A stretch of 64,000 bases of DNA from Candidatus Tumulicola sp. (GTDB lineage: Bacteria; Vulcanimicrobiota; Vulcanimicrobiia; Vulcanimicrobiales; Vulcanimicrobiaceae), in NCBI GenBank assembly GCA_036490475.1, contig DASXDT010000004.1, positions 23,797 to 87,796 on the forward strand. Reading direction: 5' to 3'. The notes below the pieces were generated by a model. The model was not told the origin of the DNA and searched no databases. It saw nothing but the letters and a program-made list of their open reading frames with translations. A program made the position numbers and the translations under genes. This document shows, in pieces, positions 26,605-34,066 of the stretch (the stretch's first letter is position 1; the number at the start of each line of letters is the position of its first letter).

Positions 26605-27381
26605 ATGATTCCGCCCGATTTAGCTTTCGCGCTGCTGATCAACCGCACGACCGCGTATTACCAATCGCACGTGCCGCAATACATGACGTACAGCGAACGC
26701 ACGCACGTCAGCGCTCCCTCTCTCGGGCGAGCGCAGGATATCAATCGCTCGGTCGCGGTGCGCGTGGCGGATAATTTTGCGGTGATGCGAGACCTTCCGA
26801 ACGGCGGCGAGCGCACCGGACAAGCCTTCCCGATCCTTTCATATTTCGACCCGTTGTCGGAGTTTCAATTTTCGTATTTCGCGAACCTCAAACGAGTCGA
26901 CATCACGATCGTCCGCGGACGTCCGTACACGCTGACGATTCCGGCGCCCGACCCGTCGGTCGACATGGTCGTACCATACAATAGCTATTGGGACGCTCGT
27001 TACGCGCCCGATTCGACCGAGTCGGCGATTCACCTGATCATCGATCCGACGGCGCGGCTTACGGGTTTTTATCCGAGCGATATCGTCGAAGATTCGGCGT
27101 CGCAGCTTCCGTCGCACATCGAGATGCGTCTGACTGGCGGCGACGACGAGCATATTTCGCTGGATTACAAGATTATCGATGGATACTGGGTCATAACGCA
27201 CGGCGTGTTTTCTGCGACCGAACACGCGGTATTCATGACGTTTAAAGTCGTTGCCGATATCACGTTCGACAACATCACGTTTATGCAGACCGCGCCGGAT
27301 CCGCGACTTGCGGGAACGCCGAGCCCTGCGACTCCGACGCCGGCGGCTTCGCCGTTGCCGTCATCGGGCGGTGGCGGCTAG
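26605..27381 (+). CDS. hypothetical protein with Pro/Ser-rich tail
   Basis: 258-aa ORF with ATG start and protein-like composition. No family recognised. Confidence 0.55.
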   Translation: MIPPDLAFALLINRTTAYYQSHVPQYMTYSERTHVSAPSLGRAQDINRSVAVRVADNFAVMRDLPNGGERTGQAFPILSYFDPLSEFQFSYFANLKRVDITIVRGRPYTLTIPAPDPSVDMVVPYNSYWDARYAPDSTESAIHLIIDPTARLTGFYPSDIVEDSASQLPSHIEMRLTGGDDEHISLDYKIIDGYWVITHGVFSATEHAVFMTFKVVADITFDNITFMQTAPDPRLAGTPSPATPTPAASPLPSSGGGG

Positions 27382-27393
27382 GTTTCGTTCGCA

Positions 27394-27855
27394 CTACGTT
27401 TCGACGTACCGCGCTTCGTAGTTCACGGGAAAATTGATCGATCGCGCGATAAAGCAGTAGCGATGGACTTTCTCATGCAGCGCATCGGCTTTCTTTAGAT
27501 CGGTCCCGCGTTCGACGGTAATCACCGGGCGTAGAATCGCACGTTCGAATTGCCCCTCCCCGGCTTTTCCGCTAATACCGATGCCCAGCGGATCGTCTTC
27601 GTATCCGCGCACGATAATCTTCGCGCTGCTGGCGAGATGCAAGTACCAAAGCATGTGACAGCCGGCGAGACTCGCGAGCAGCAGTTCTTCGGGGTTGTAT
27701 CTCGTCGGATCTCCGCCGATTGCCGGATCGTTCGAACATTCGACGGACGTTTTCTCCGACGGTTCGATCTTCCAAGTGCGATCGTAGCTGCGATACGCTT
27801 GCGTTCCGTCGCCGCGATCGCCGGTCCATCGAATCCGCGTTGTAAAATCCGACAT
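27394..27855 (-). CDS. OsmC-family peroxiredoxin-like protein
   Basis: NPEELLLASLAGCHMLWYLHLA...HEKVHRYCFIARS, two conserved Cys in the OsmC/Ohr arrangement. Confidence 0.85.
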   Translation of the reverse strand: MSDFTTRIRWTGDRGDGTQAYRSYDRTWKIEPSEKTSVECSNDPAIGGDPTRYNPEELLLASLAGCHMLWYLHLASSAKIIVRGYEDDPLGIGISGKAGEGQFERAILRPVITVERGTDLKKADALHEKVHRYCFIARSINFPVNYEARYVET

Positions 27856-27859
27856 TCGC

Positions 27860-28363
27860 TTAACGGATAAGCGTGCCGGTGGCTATTGGATGGAAGGTCG
27901 TGCTTCCGGGAGGCGCCAGTTCGAATTTCACTGCAAGGGTCGTCGGATTGGAGAGCTCGTACGATAACCGGAACATTGGTGCATCGGCGCGAGTAGCGCT
28001 AACGAATGTTACGGATCGACCCGCCACAACGTCGGCCTTGATGTAATGGATTACGTGCGTTCCATCCGAATAATCCGCGCGGACAGCACCGCCTTCCGGA
28101 TAGATCATCATGATCTGATCGAAGCTACCCGCGGGCTGGCCCGACGCGGCGAAAAGATCGGTGTGATCCTTACGCACTATGACGTTGCCGCCGGCTTCCA
28201 GCGTAAATGTCGAACGACCCTTCGACGTTTCTCTGGTCTCTGCGACATTGCCACTACCCGTCCGCCAGTCTCCAATGAGAAACGACAGACCGGCTAGCTG
28301 CGGGCTAACGCTCTGCGCAAGCGCCGCACCCGATAACAGAACGCCGAGGGCGATTAGAATCAC
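27860..28363 (-). CDS. hypothetical secreted protein
   Basis: ORF track start 28426 would overlap tRNA-Ser. GTG 28363 gives the signal peptide MILIALGVLLSGAALAQS. Confidence 0.55.
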   Translation of the reverse strand: MILIALGVLLSGAALAQSVSPQLAGLSFLIGDWRTGSGNVAETRETSKGRSTFTLEAGGNVIVRKDHTDLFAASGQPAGSFDQIMMIYPEGGAVRADYSDGTHVIHYIKADVVAGRSVTFVSATRADAPMFRLSYELSNPTTLAVKFELAPPGSTTFHPIATGTLIR

Positions 28364-28384
28364 CAGGCCGCTTGCATATAAAGC

Positions 28385-28475
28385 TGGCGGAGAGGGAGAG
28401 ATTCGAACTCTCGGAACGCTCATCACGTTCGCCCGCTTTCGAGGCGGGTGCCTTCAACCACTCGACCACCTCTCC
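28385..28475 (-). tRNA. tRNA-Ser (anticodon CGA)
   Basis: Reverse complement reads GGAGAGGTGGTCGAGTGGTTGAAGGCACCCGCCTCGAAAGCGGGCG...GAGAGTTCGAATCTCTCCCTCTCCGCCA. Loop CTCGAAA, long variable arm, CCA encoded. Confidence 0.9.
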
Positions 28476-28495
28476 GCGATGAGCGACCGCCTAAG

Positions 28496-28972
28496 CTACG
28501 GCGCCGCCCGCTCAATGCCTTCCGCGGCCCGACGGCCCTCAAAAAAGCTCCGCAATTGCTCGGCAGTTTCCGCTTGCAACACGCCTGCGTCGATAGCGAT
28601 ACGGTGGTTGGTTTTCGGCGAGCGCAACACGTCGAACGCGCCGCCGTCGGCTCCGCCTTTTGGATCGTTTGCTCCGTATACCAGGCGGCCTACGCGTGCC
28701 GCGAGGATCGCGCCGGCACACATCAGGCATGGCTCTTTTGTGACGTACAGTGTCGCATCGGATAATCGCCACCGCCCCAGGCGCCGCGCAGCTTCACGGA
28801 GCGCAAGCATTTCCGCGTGCGCAGTTGCGTCGGCGGTCTTTTCTTTTTCATTGTGCGTTTCGATCGTCACGTCGCCGCAAAGCAAAACTGCGCCGACGGG
28901 AACGTCGCCGTCGAGCGCGGCGATGTCGGCGAGGTCGATTGCGCGACGCATATAGCGTTCATCGTCGTTCAC
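28496..28972 (-). CDS. tadA: tRNA adenosine(34) deaminase
   Basis: VPVGAVLL...HAEMLALREAA...LYVTKEPCLMCAGAI, the CMP/dCMP deaminase zinc motifs (HAE...PCxxC). Confidence 0.9.
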   Translation of the reverse strand: MNDDERYMRRAIDLADIAALDGDVPVGAVLLCGDVTIETHNEKEKTADATAHAEMLALREAARRLGRWRLSDATLYVTKEPCLMCAGAILAARVGRLVYGANDPKGGADGGAFDVLRSPKTNHRIAIDAGVLQAETAEQLRSFFEGRRAAEGIERAAP

Positions 28973-29114
28973 TCGATTCCGAGTCAGCCACGCCTTTTTA
29001 GAAACGACTGAATTAATGAATGCCCGATCCCTTCCAGCGCCATCAGTTCGTAATTGTGTTTGGTATGAGCAACTCGATCCTGACGGTATTCATCAGCGTA
29101 TTGCCTCGGGGAAA

Positions 29115-29191
29115 TGGTGCGCCCGGAGGGATTCGAACCCCCGGTCCCAGCCTTCGGAGGGCTGTGCGTTATCCAGCTACGCTACGGGCGC
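29115..29191 (-). tRNA. tRNA-Arg (anticodon CCG)
   Basis: GCGCCCGTAGCGTAGCTGGATAACGCACAGCCCTCCGAAGGCTGGGACCGGGGGTTCGAATCCCTCCGGGCGCACCA. Clean cloverleaf, CCA encoded. Confidence 0.9.
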
Positions 29192-29199
29192 AGGCGTCG

Positions 29200-29436
29200 C
29201 TACCGCGGAGTTTCTCCGGCTGGGCCAGCACTCGGCATGTGCTTGAACAGGTCGAGTTTGTGGTCGACCAGCGTTCGGTAGAACTTCCGAACGCAGTCCG
29301 GATGTCCGAAAAAGTAGGTGCGCGCGTAGGCGAGATCGTCGCCCGAACTGTCGGGAACGTAGTGCGAAATCTCCACTTCTTCCATTTGCACCCGGTCGAC
29401 CGGGTGCGGGCAGAAATCGCACGGGATAGTTGACAT
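29200..29436 (-). CDS. small hypothetical protein (Cys/His metal-site-like) embedded in the tRNA cluster
   Basis: GAGGAAAA SD then ATG. MSTIPCDFCPHPVDRV...FFGHPDCVRKF has CxxC...HxxC. It ends 9 nt before tRNA-Arg(CCG). Confidence 0.45.
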   Translation of the reverse strand: MSTIPCDFCPHPVDRVQMEEVEISHYVPDSSGDDLAYARTYFFGHPDCVRKFYRTLVDHKLDLFKHMPSAGPAGETPR

Positions 29437-29491
29437 TATAGGTTTTCCTCGGTTCGGACCGGCCCGGTGTCGGAGCCGGTCCTTTCAAACT

Positions 29492-29563
29492 TGACTCGGG
29501 GGTGATTTGAACACCCGACCAAGGGCTTATGAGTCCCCTGCTCTACCGCTGAGCTACCGAGCC
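29492..29563 (-). tRNA. tRNA with CAT anticodon (elongator Met or lysidine-modified Ile2)
   Basis: GGCTCGGTAGCTCAGCGGTAGAGCAGGGGACTCATAAGCCCTTGGTCGGGTGTTCAAATCACCCCCGAGTCA. Loop CTCATAA, no encoded CCA. It lacks the C1:A72 mismatch, so it is not an initiator. Confidence 0.8.
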
Positions 29564-29643
29564 GCGGCTGCGCGAACGTAGTCGCTTCGACACCGTACTG
29601 TAACAGAACCCGCTCTACTCCCGCAAGGTTCGGATAACGAACT

Positions 29644-29667
29644 GCCGCCCGTTTAAGGGCGGCTTTT
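29644..29667. terminator. GC hairpin plus T4 (intrinsic-terminator-like in plus orientation) between two minus-strand tRNAs
   Basis: GCCGCCC-GTTTAA-GGGCGGC-TTTT. On the minus strand the stem is followed only by AGTTCGTTAT. Confidence 0.35.
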
Positions 29668-29676
29668 CGCAAGATC

Positions 29677-29750
29677 TGCGGTCGGAGGGACTCGAACCCC
29701 CAACCTACAAGTTCGTAGCCTGTTGCTCTATCCAATTGAGCTACGACCGC
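29677..29750 (-). tRNA. tRNA-Arg (anticodon ACG)
   Basis: GCGGTCGTAGCTCAATTGGATAGAGCAACAGGCTACGAACTTGTAGGTTGGGGGTTCGAGTCCCTCCGACCGCA. Loop CTACGAA, no encoded CCA. Confidence 0.9.
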
Positions 29751-29776
29751 ACGATATTTTTTGTCTTACGCCGATT

Positions 29777-29866
29777 CGGAGAGAGAGGGATTCGAACCCT
29801 CGGTACGACTTTACATCGTACAACGGTTTAGCAAACCGCCGCCTTCAGCCGCTCGGCCATCTCTCC
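29777..29866 (-). tRNA. tRNA-Ser (anticodon GCT)
   Basis: GGAGAGATGGCCGAGCGGCTGAAGGCGGCGGTTTGCTAAACCGTTG...CCGAGGGTTCGAATCCCTCTCTCTCCG. Long variable arm, no encoded CCA. Confidence 0.9.
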
Positions 29867-29914
29867 CTTGCGACGACCGACTATACCACAGGCTTGCCGC
29901 TCGTCCCTCGCGAC

Positions 29915-30469
29915 TCACGGGTTCGGCGGCGCTGTCGGCCGGACCAGCGGCGGTTCGGGAACGAACTCGGCGCGGACCGTCGCGGGCGGCGGGGGACGCC
30001 GGCTCCTTATGAATACCGCATCGACGCCAAGAGCTCGTCCGGTTGGCAACACCAAGCTGATTGCGGAGAGTACGAGCATCGCCAGGTCCAATCCCTGAAG
30101 CGTCGTCAGCGACAAGATCCCGCCCTTTGATGCTATGAAGTTCAGCGCCAAGAAAACGCCTACGAGCCCCCCCAAGCGGGTCGCGGCGCCAAGAATGAGC
30201 GACGCCCCTACTAGGACCTCTGCCAAGCGTTCGAGTTGAGCGAAGAGGCCGATATTCGGAACGACCATCGTCGTGAGAAACGTGTGATATCCGCCCGTCG
30301 AGGCAGCGACGGCTTTGTCGAGGAAGCCGGACATCATTCCGGTTGGCGGCATGAACGCAGCGGCGTCGGTAAATTTTGGAACTCCGTGAGCGATCCACAT
30401 GCAGCCGGTGGCGACACGCGCGATAGCCAGCCAAAACGCGTACGTCCGGGACGAAGGAAGAATGGTCAT
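29915..30469 (-). CDS. DoxX-family membrane protein
   Basis: FWLAIARVATGCMWIAHGVPKF...ERLAEVLVGASLILGAATRLGGLVGVFLALNF, typical DoxX helices. Pro-rich tail. Confidence 0.8.
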   Translation of the reverse strand: MTILPSSRTYAFWLAIARVATGCMWIAHGVPKFTDAAAFMPPTGMMSGFLDKAVAASTGGYHTFLTTMVVPNIGLFAQLERLAEVLVGASLILGAATRLGGLVGVFLALNFIASKGGILSLTTLQGLDLAMLVLSAISLVLPTGRALGVDAVFIRSRRPPPPATVRAEFVPEPPLVRPTAPPNP

Positions 30470-31602
30470 GCGACGACCGCCTTTCGTAAGGAGACCAAGC
30501 GTGCAATCATCGACGCAGCTTCACCTGCAGCGTTCGGCCGCGCCAGTTTGCGAGCTGCCAGAGCAATGTCATCCCGCAAACGGCTATCGGTCAGCACGCG
30601 TTCCAACGTTTCCGCGAGATCGTTTAAACGCCGAACGCGCAGACCGGCGCCTGCTTCAGTGATGACGCGAGCGTTCCGCTCTTCTTGCCCAGGTAACGGC
30701 TTATAGAGCACGAGCGGCACCTGCGCGACCAACGCTTCGGCGACGCTTAACCCTCCGGGTTTCGAAACGAACGCATCGGCCGCATGCATATAATCGTACA
30801 CGTTATCAACGAACGTTAGCACCCGAACTGGGAAACGCACTTTCTGTGCCGTGGCCATCACCTGGCGTTCGCTACGCGCGTTTCTACCGGCGATTACAAC
30901 GAGCGTGAGCGGAAGATCGAGAGACTGCAACGACCGCATCATTCGCTCTAACGGACCGATTCCGAGACCGCCGCCCATCATCAGCACGACGAAACCGTCG
31001 CGCGGCAAGTTCAAACGTTCGCGCAATCCGTTGCGCCGATCGGGAGAGGGCGCGAACTCGGGCTTGACCGGAATTCCGCTGGCGGTGACGCGGTTCGGGT
31101 CGATGCCGCGGGCGATCATGGTCGAGCGAACCTCGTCGCTCGCGACCGCATATGCATCGATATCGGCATGCAGCCAGAAACCATGAACCGCATAGTCGGT
31201 AACGATTCCGACGACCGGTGGCGCGGCGGAATACATGCGTTTGTATTCTGCCATGGCGCCGCACGGAAATGCGTGCGTGCAGACGACCGCATCGGGTTGC
31301 CAGCGCTGTATCAGGCGATGCAGGTTTTCTGCCGTAAATTGATGCGCCCACGTTCGGAACGGACCGACTTCGGTCGCTCGTTCCGCGCGATTGTAGATGT
31401 ACCGATACATCTGCGGGATGGTTTTGACCATTTGGATGTAGCCGTCGGATACGACACGCGATACGACGAGCGCCGCATATTCATATGAGTCGACAATTTC
31501 GGTCTGGACGGACGGATCGACGGCACGTAATCCTTCGCACACGGCTCCGGCCGCGGAAAGATGACCGACTCCGACACTCGCGGACAGAAAAAGAATGCGG
31601 AT
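30466..31602 (-). CDS. MGDG-synthase-like (GT28) diacylglycerol glycosyltransferase, probable ATC (or CTG) start
   Basis: Body matches UgtP/MGDG synthase (HAFPCGAMAEYK, VLMMGGGLGIGP, SKPGGLSVAEAL). The N-terminal G-loop RILFLSASVGVGH is encoded upstream of track start GTG 31542. ATC 31602-31600 overlaps the upstream stop (TGATC). Confidence 0.8.
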   Translation of the reverse strand: MRILFLSASVGVGHLSAAGAVCEGLRAVDPSVQTEIVDSYEYAALVVSRVVSDGYIQMVKTIPQMYRYIYNRAERATEVGPFRTWAHQFTAENLHRLIQRWQPDAVVCTHAFPCGAMAEYKRMYSAAPPVVGIVTDYAVHGFWLHADIDAYAVASDEVRSTMIARGIDPNRVTASGIPVKPEFAPSPDRRNGLRERLNLPRDGFVVLMMGGGLGIGPLERMMRSLQSLDLPLTLVVIAGRNARSERQVMATAQKVRFPVRVLTFVDNVYDYMHAADAFVSKPGGLSVAEALVAQVPLVLYKPLPGQEERNARVITEAGAGLRVRRLNDLAETLERVLTDSRLRDDIALAARKLARPNAAGEAASMIARLVSLRKAVVA

Positions 31603-31910
31603 CAGCTGCCGCCGTTCTCGTCGTTCGACTCATCGACAATCTCGAGGAAATCTTCGAGGATTTCTTGGGCGAGGTCATCGTCTTCGATCAGATTGCCGTA
31701 CAGATCGGTAACGATCGCCTGACCCTCTTCTTCGGGATTTGATTCGTCGGTCGCTTCGGGCATCAGCACTGCGTACGAAGTTCCGTCGTCGGGGTCTTCC
31801 AGAATTCCGACGACCGTAAACTGGTGTTCCGCACCGTCGGTCGTTTTTATATGCAGTATATCGCTGAGTTCGAGCGCTTCTTTGGGCGTTTCGCCGTTAT
31901 CCGTCGTCAC
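31602..31910 (-). CDS. DUF1292-family acidic protein
   Basis: LHIKTTDGAEHQFTVVGILEDPDDGTSYAVLMP...EILEDFLEIV is typical DUF1292, and it sits next to ruvX/mltG as in Firmicutes. Confidence 0.8.
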   Translation of the reverse strand: MTTDNGETPKEALELSDILHIKTTDGAEHQFTVVGILEDPDDGTSYAVLMPEATDESNPEEEGQAIVTDLYGNLIEDDDLAQEILEDFLEIVDESNDENGGS

Positions 31911-31929
31911 CGTTCGTTCAATCTTTCTT

Positions 31930-32925
31930 TTAGTGGAGGCAGCGCGCTACGTTGGATTGATGCTCGGACAGCGTCCGGGCGAAAACGTGATGGCCGCTAC
32001 CACAATAGACGTAGTAGAGAAAGGGCGTCTTCGACGGATGCAGGGCCGCTTCCAGCGATGGCAGGCCCGGGTTTGCGATCGGCGTCGGCGGAAGGCCCGG
32101 ATGCAGATACGTGTTATACGGCGAGTTCAGCTTGAGGTCGGAGAACGACAAGGCTGTCTTATGGTGCGGGAGCGCGTATTCGATCGTCGCATCCACCTGT
32201 AGCGGCATTTTCAGACGGAGACGGTTGTAGATCACGCTTGCGATTAAGGGGCGGTCGGCGTCTATTTTGGCTTCGCGTTCGACCAGCGAAGCGACCGCTA
32301 CGGCTTGCACGACGTCCACGCCCTGGCGGCGAGCGGCCGCGGCCGCATCGTGTGGAAGTTCGCTCGCAAACTGGCCGGTGAGCTGCGCGGTCACTTGTGC
32401 GGGCGTAGCGTCGAGCGCGACCAAATAGGTGCTCGGGAACAGGAACCCCTCGAGATTGCGCGTTCGCGTGCCGGCCACGATGGTCGTTTGAGTCATGAAC
32501 GCGCGCTCCAAATCGCCACGCTTCCCTATACCCGCCTTCGCCAGCCGATCCGCGATTTGGGCCGCGGTGAAGCCTTCGGGTATGGCGACCCAGGCCGCGA
32601 CCTGCGCACCGCCGCTTTGAAGCGCATGGAGCACTTCGTCCTGTGTTTCATGCGACGGAAACCGATATTCGCCGGCATGCACGTCGCCCTCGCGTTTGCT
32701 CAAGCGGGCCAACACTCGAAACGTGAGCAGGTTTGAAATCGCGCCATCTTGCCGCAGTTGCCGGGCGATTTCTGCAAAGGTCGCGCCGCGCGGGATAACG
32801 ACCTGCACGTCGTGTTGCGGTGCCGTGCGATCCCGAAATGCCACGTACCAAAACCAGCCGCCGATTGCAGCGAGTAGCAGAACGCAGACGCCGGCAAGCG
32901 TCGCGAATCCGACACGCCAGTTCAT
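31930..32925 (-). CDS. mltG: endolytic murein transglycosylase
   Basis: N-terminal TM helix. LEGFLFPSTY...ASLVEREA...VIYNRL...MPLQVDATIEYAL...YNTYLHPGLPPTPIANPG (YceG signature). Confidence 0.9.
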   Translation of the reverse strand: MNWRVGFATLAGVCVLLLAAIGGWFWYVAFRDRTAPQHDVQVVIPRGATFAEIARQLRQDGAISNLLTFRVLARLSKREGDVHAGEYRFPSHETQDEVLHALQSGGAQVAAWVAIPEGFTAAQIADRLAKAGIGKRGDLERAFMTQTTIVAGTRTRNLEGFLFPSTYLVALDATPAQVTAQLTGQFASELPHDAAAAARRQGVDVVQAVAVASLVEREAKIDADRPLIASVIYNRLRLKMPLQVDATIEYALPHHKTALSFSDLKLNSPYNTYLHPGLPPTPIANPGLPSLEAALHPSKTPFLYYVYCGSGHHVFARTLSEHQSNVARCLH

Positions 32926-33344
32926 TCGGCCGCGCGCCGCTTGCGCTGCAGGTAGGTGTCGAGGATTAGCGCTGCGGCCATTTTATCGACGACAGTCTTG
33001 CGCTTCTTACGGGAAACGTCGGCGGCGATTAGCGTCTTGGTTACCTGCGCGGTGGTGAGCCGCTCGTCGACGCGATGGATGGCACCTGGAAACGCCCTCG
33101 CGAGCACGGCGACGAACGCGTCCATCTTGGTCGCTGCGGGGCCGCGCTGGCCCGACAGGGTTACCGGATCTCCGACCACGATCTCGCTCGCGCCATATGA
33201 CTCGGCAAGTTCGACGATGCGTGCGATGTCGAGCGCCGACGACGAACGTTCGATCGTCGTCAATGGCATCGCGAACGTTTCACTCGGGTCGGCCACGGCG
33301 ACACCGATACGCTTTTCGCCGACGTCGAGCGCGATGACCGGCAC
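32922..33344 (-). CDS. ruvX: Holliday-junction resolvase-like RNase (YqgF)
   Basis: VIALDVGEKRIGVAVADP...IVVGDPVTLSG...DERLTT. Confidence 0.9.
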   Translation of the reverse strand: MPVIALDVGEKRIGVAVADPSETFAMPLTTIERSSSALDIARIVELAESYGASEIVVGDPVTLSGQRGPAATKMDAFVAVLARAFPGAIHRVDERLTTAQVTKTLIAADVSRKKRKTVVDKMAAALILDTYLQRKRRAAE

Positions 33345-33345
33345 G

Positions 33346-34056
33346 CTACTGCTGTGCCAACTCGGCGAGCTGCGTCCCCGCTTTCGGACGGCGGCCGAGA
33401 TGGTGCGTTATCAACTCGTCGATGGCTCGCGCAACGGGAATACGAGCGTTCATCGTAGCGCCGGCGCCGCGATCGGCACCGACCGCGCGGAAGTTATCGC
33501 GGTCTTCAAGCGTAATGGAAGGCAGGTCGCGCCAGCGCTCCCGGCATCGATCGTCGATGAATCCGCCGGCCTGCGCGTCGACATAGACGACGTCGGCGCC
33601 GAGCGGTGCGCCACAGCGCACGCAATCATCGCACGGAGGCCCGAGCCCGAGCATTTCCAGCAGCCGTAAGGAAAATCGCGGAATGACCGATTGCGGAGTG
33701 TCGGAATGGGCTATCGCCTGCAGCGTACCGACGAGCAGCGAATAGATGTCGGGCACGGCCAGGTCGGGTTCGCAGAACGCATCGATGAGCTCTACGGCTA
33801 ACGACGCAACGGCAAATCGCTCGGGTCGAACCAAATCGATCCACGGAGCACTGACGATTTCGGCGGCGACGATCACGTCGAGCGATCGTCCGCGGTGCAT
33901 CGACAAATCGCACTCGTTGCCGAACTCGAGACGGCCGGCCAGATGGCTTCCCGAACGGCGGACGCCTTTTGCGACGGCGTCCAATTTGCCGCGCTCGGTC
34001 GTCAACAGCGTTAGAATGCGATCGGCTTCGCCGAGTTGCCGGCCGCGTAAGACGAT
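33346..34056 (-). CDS. recO: DNA repair protein RecO, probable ATC start
   Basis: GEADRILTLLTTERGKLDAVAKGVRR, C-terminal Zn motif CDDCVRCG...DDRC. The OB-fold start (G)IVLRGRQLGEADR lies upstream of track start TTG 34005. The only candidate is ATC 34056-34054, 10 nt after the upstream stop. Confidence 0.8.
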   Translation of the reverse strand: MVLRGRQLGEADRILTLLTTERGKLDAVAKGVRRSGSHLAGRLEFGNECDLSMHRGRSLDVIVAAEIVSAPWIDLVRPERFAVASLAVELIDAFCEPDLAVPDIYSLLVGTLQAIAHSDTPQSVIPRFSLRLLEMLGLGPPCDDCVRCGAPLGADVVYVDAQAGGFIDDRCRERWRDLPSITLEDRDNFRAVGADRGAGATMNARIPVARAIDELITHHLGRRPKAGTQLAELAQQ

Positions 34057-34066
34057 CCCGCGCGTC

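Noticed and set aside
25424-26608. 394-aa plus-strand ORF exactly mirroring the M20 amidohydrolase gene
   Set aside because: Arg/Ala/Gly-rich junk composition typical of the antisense frame of a GC-rich gene. The minus-strand product has clear M20 motifs.
28364-28426. First 21 codons of ORF 27860..28426
   Set aside because: They would overlap tRNA-Ser(CGA) on the same strand. GTG 28363 gives a normal signal peptide.
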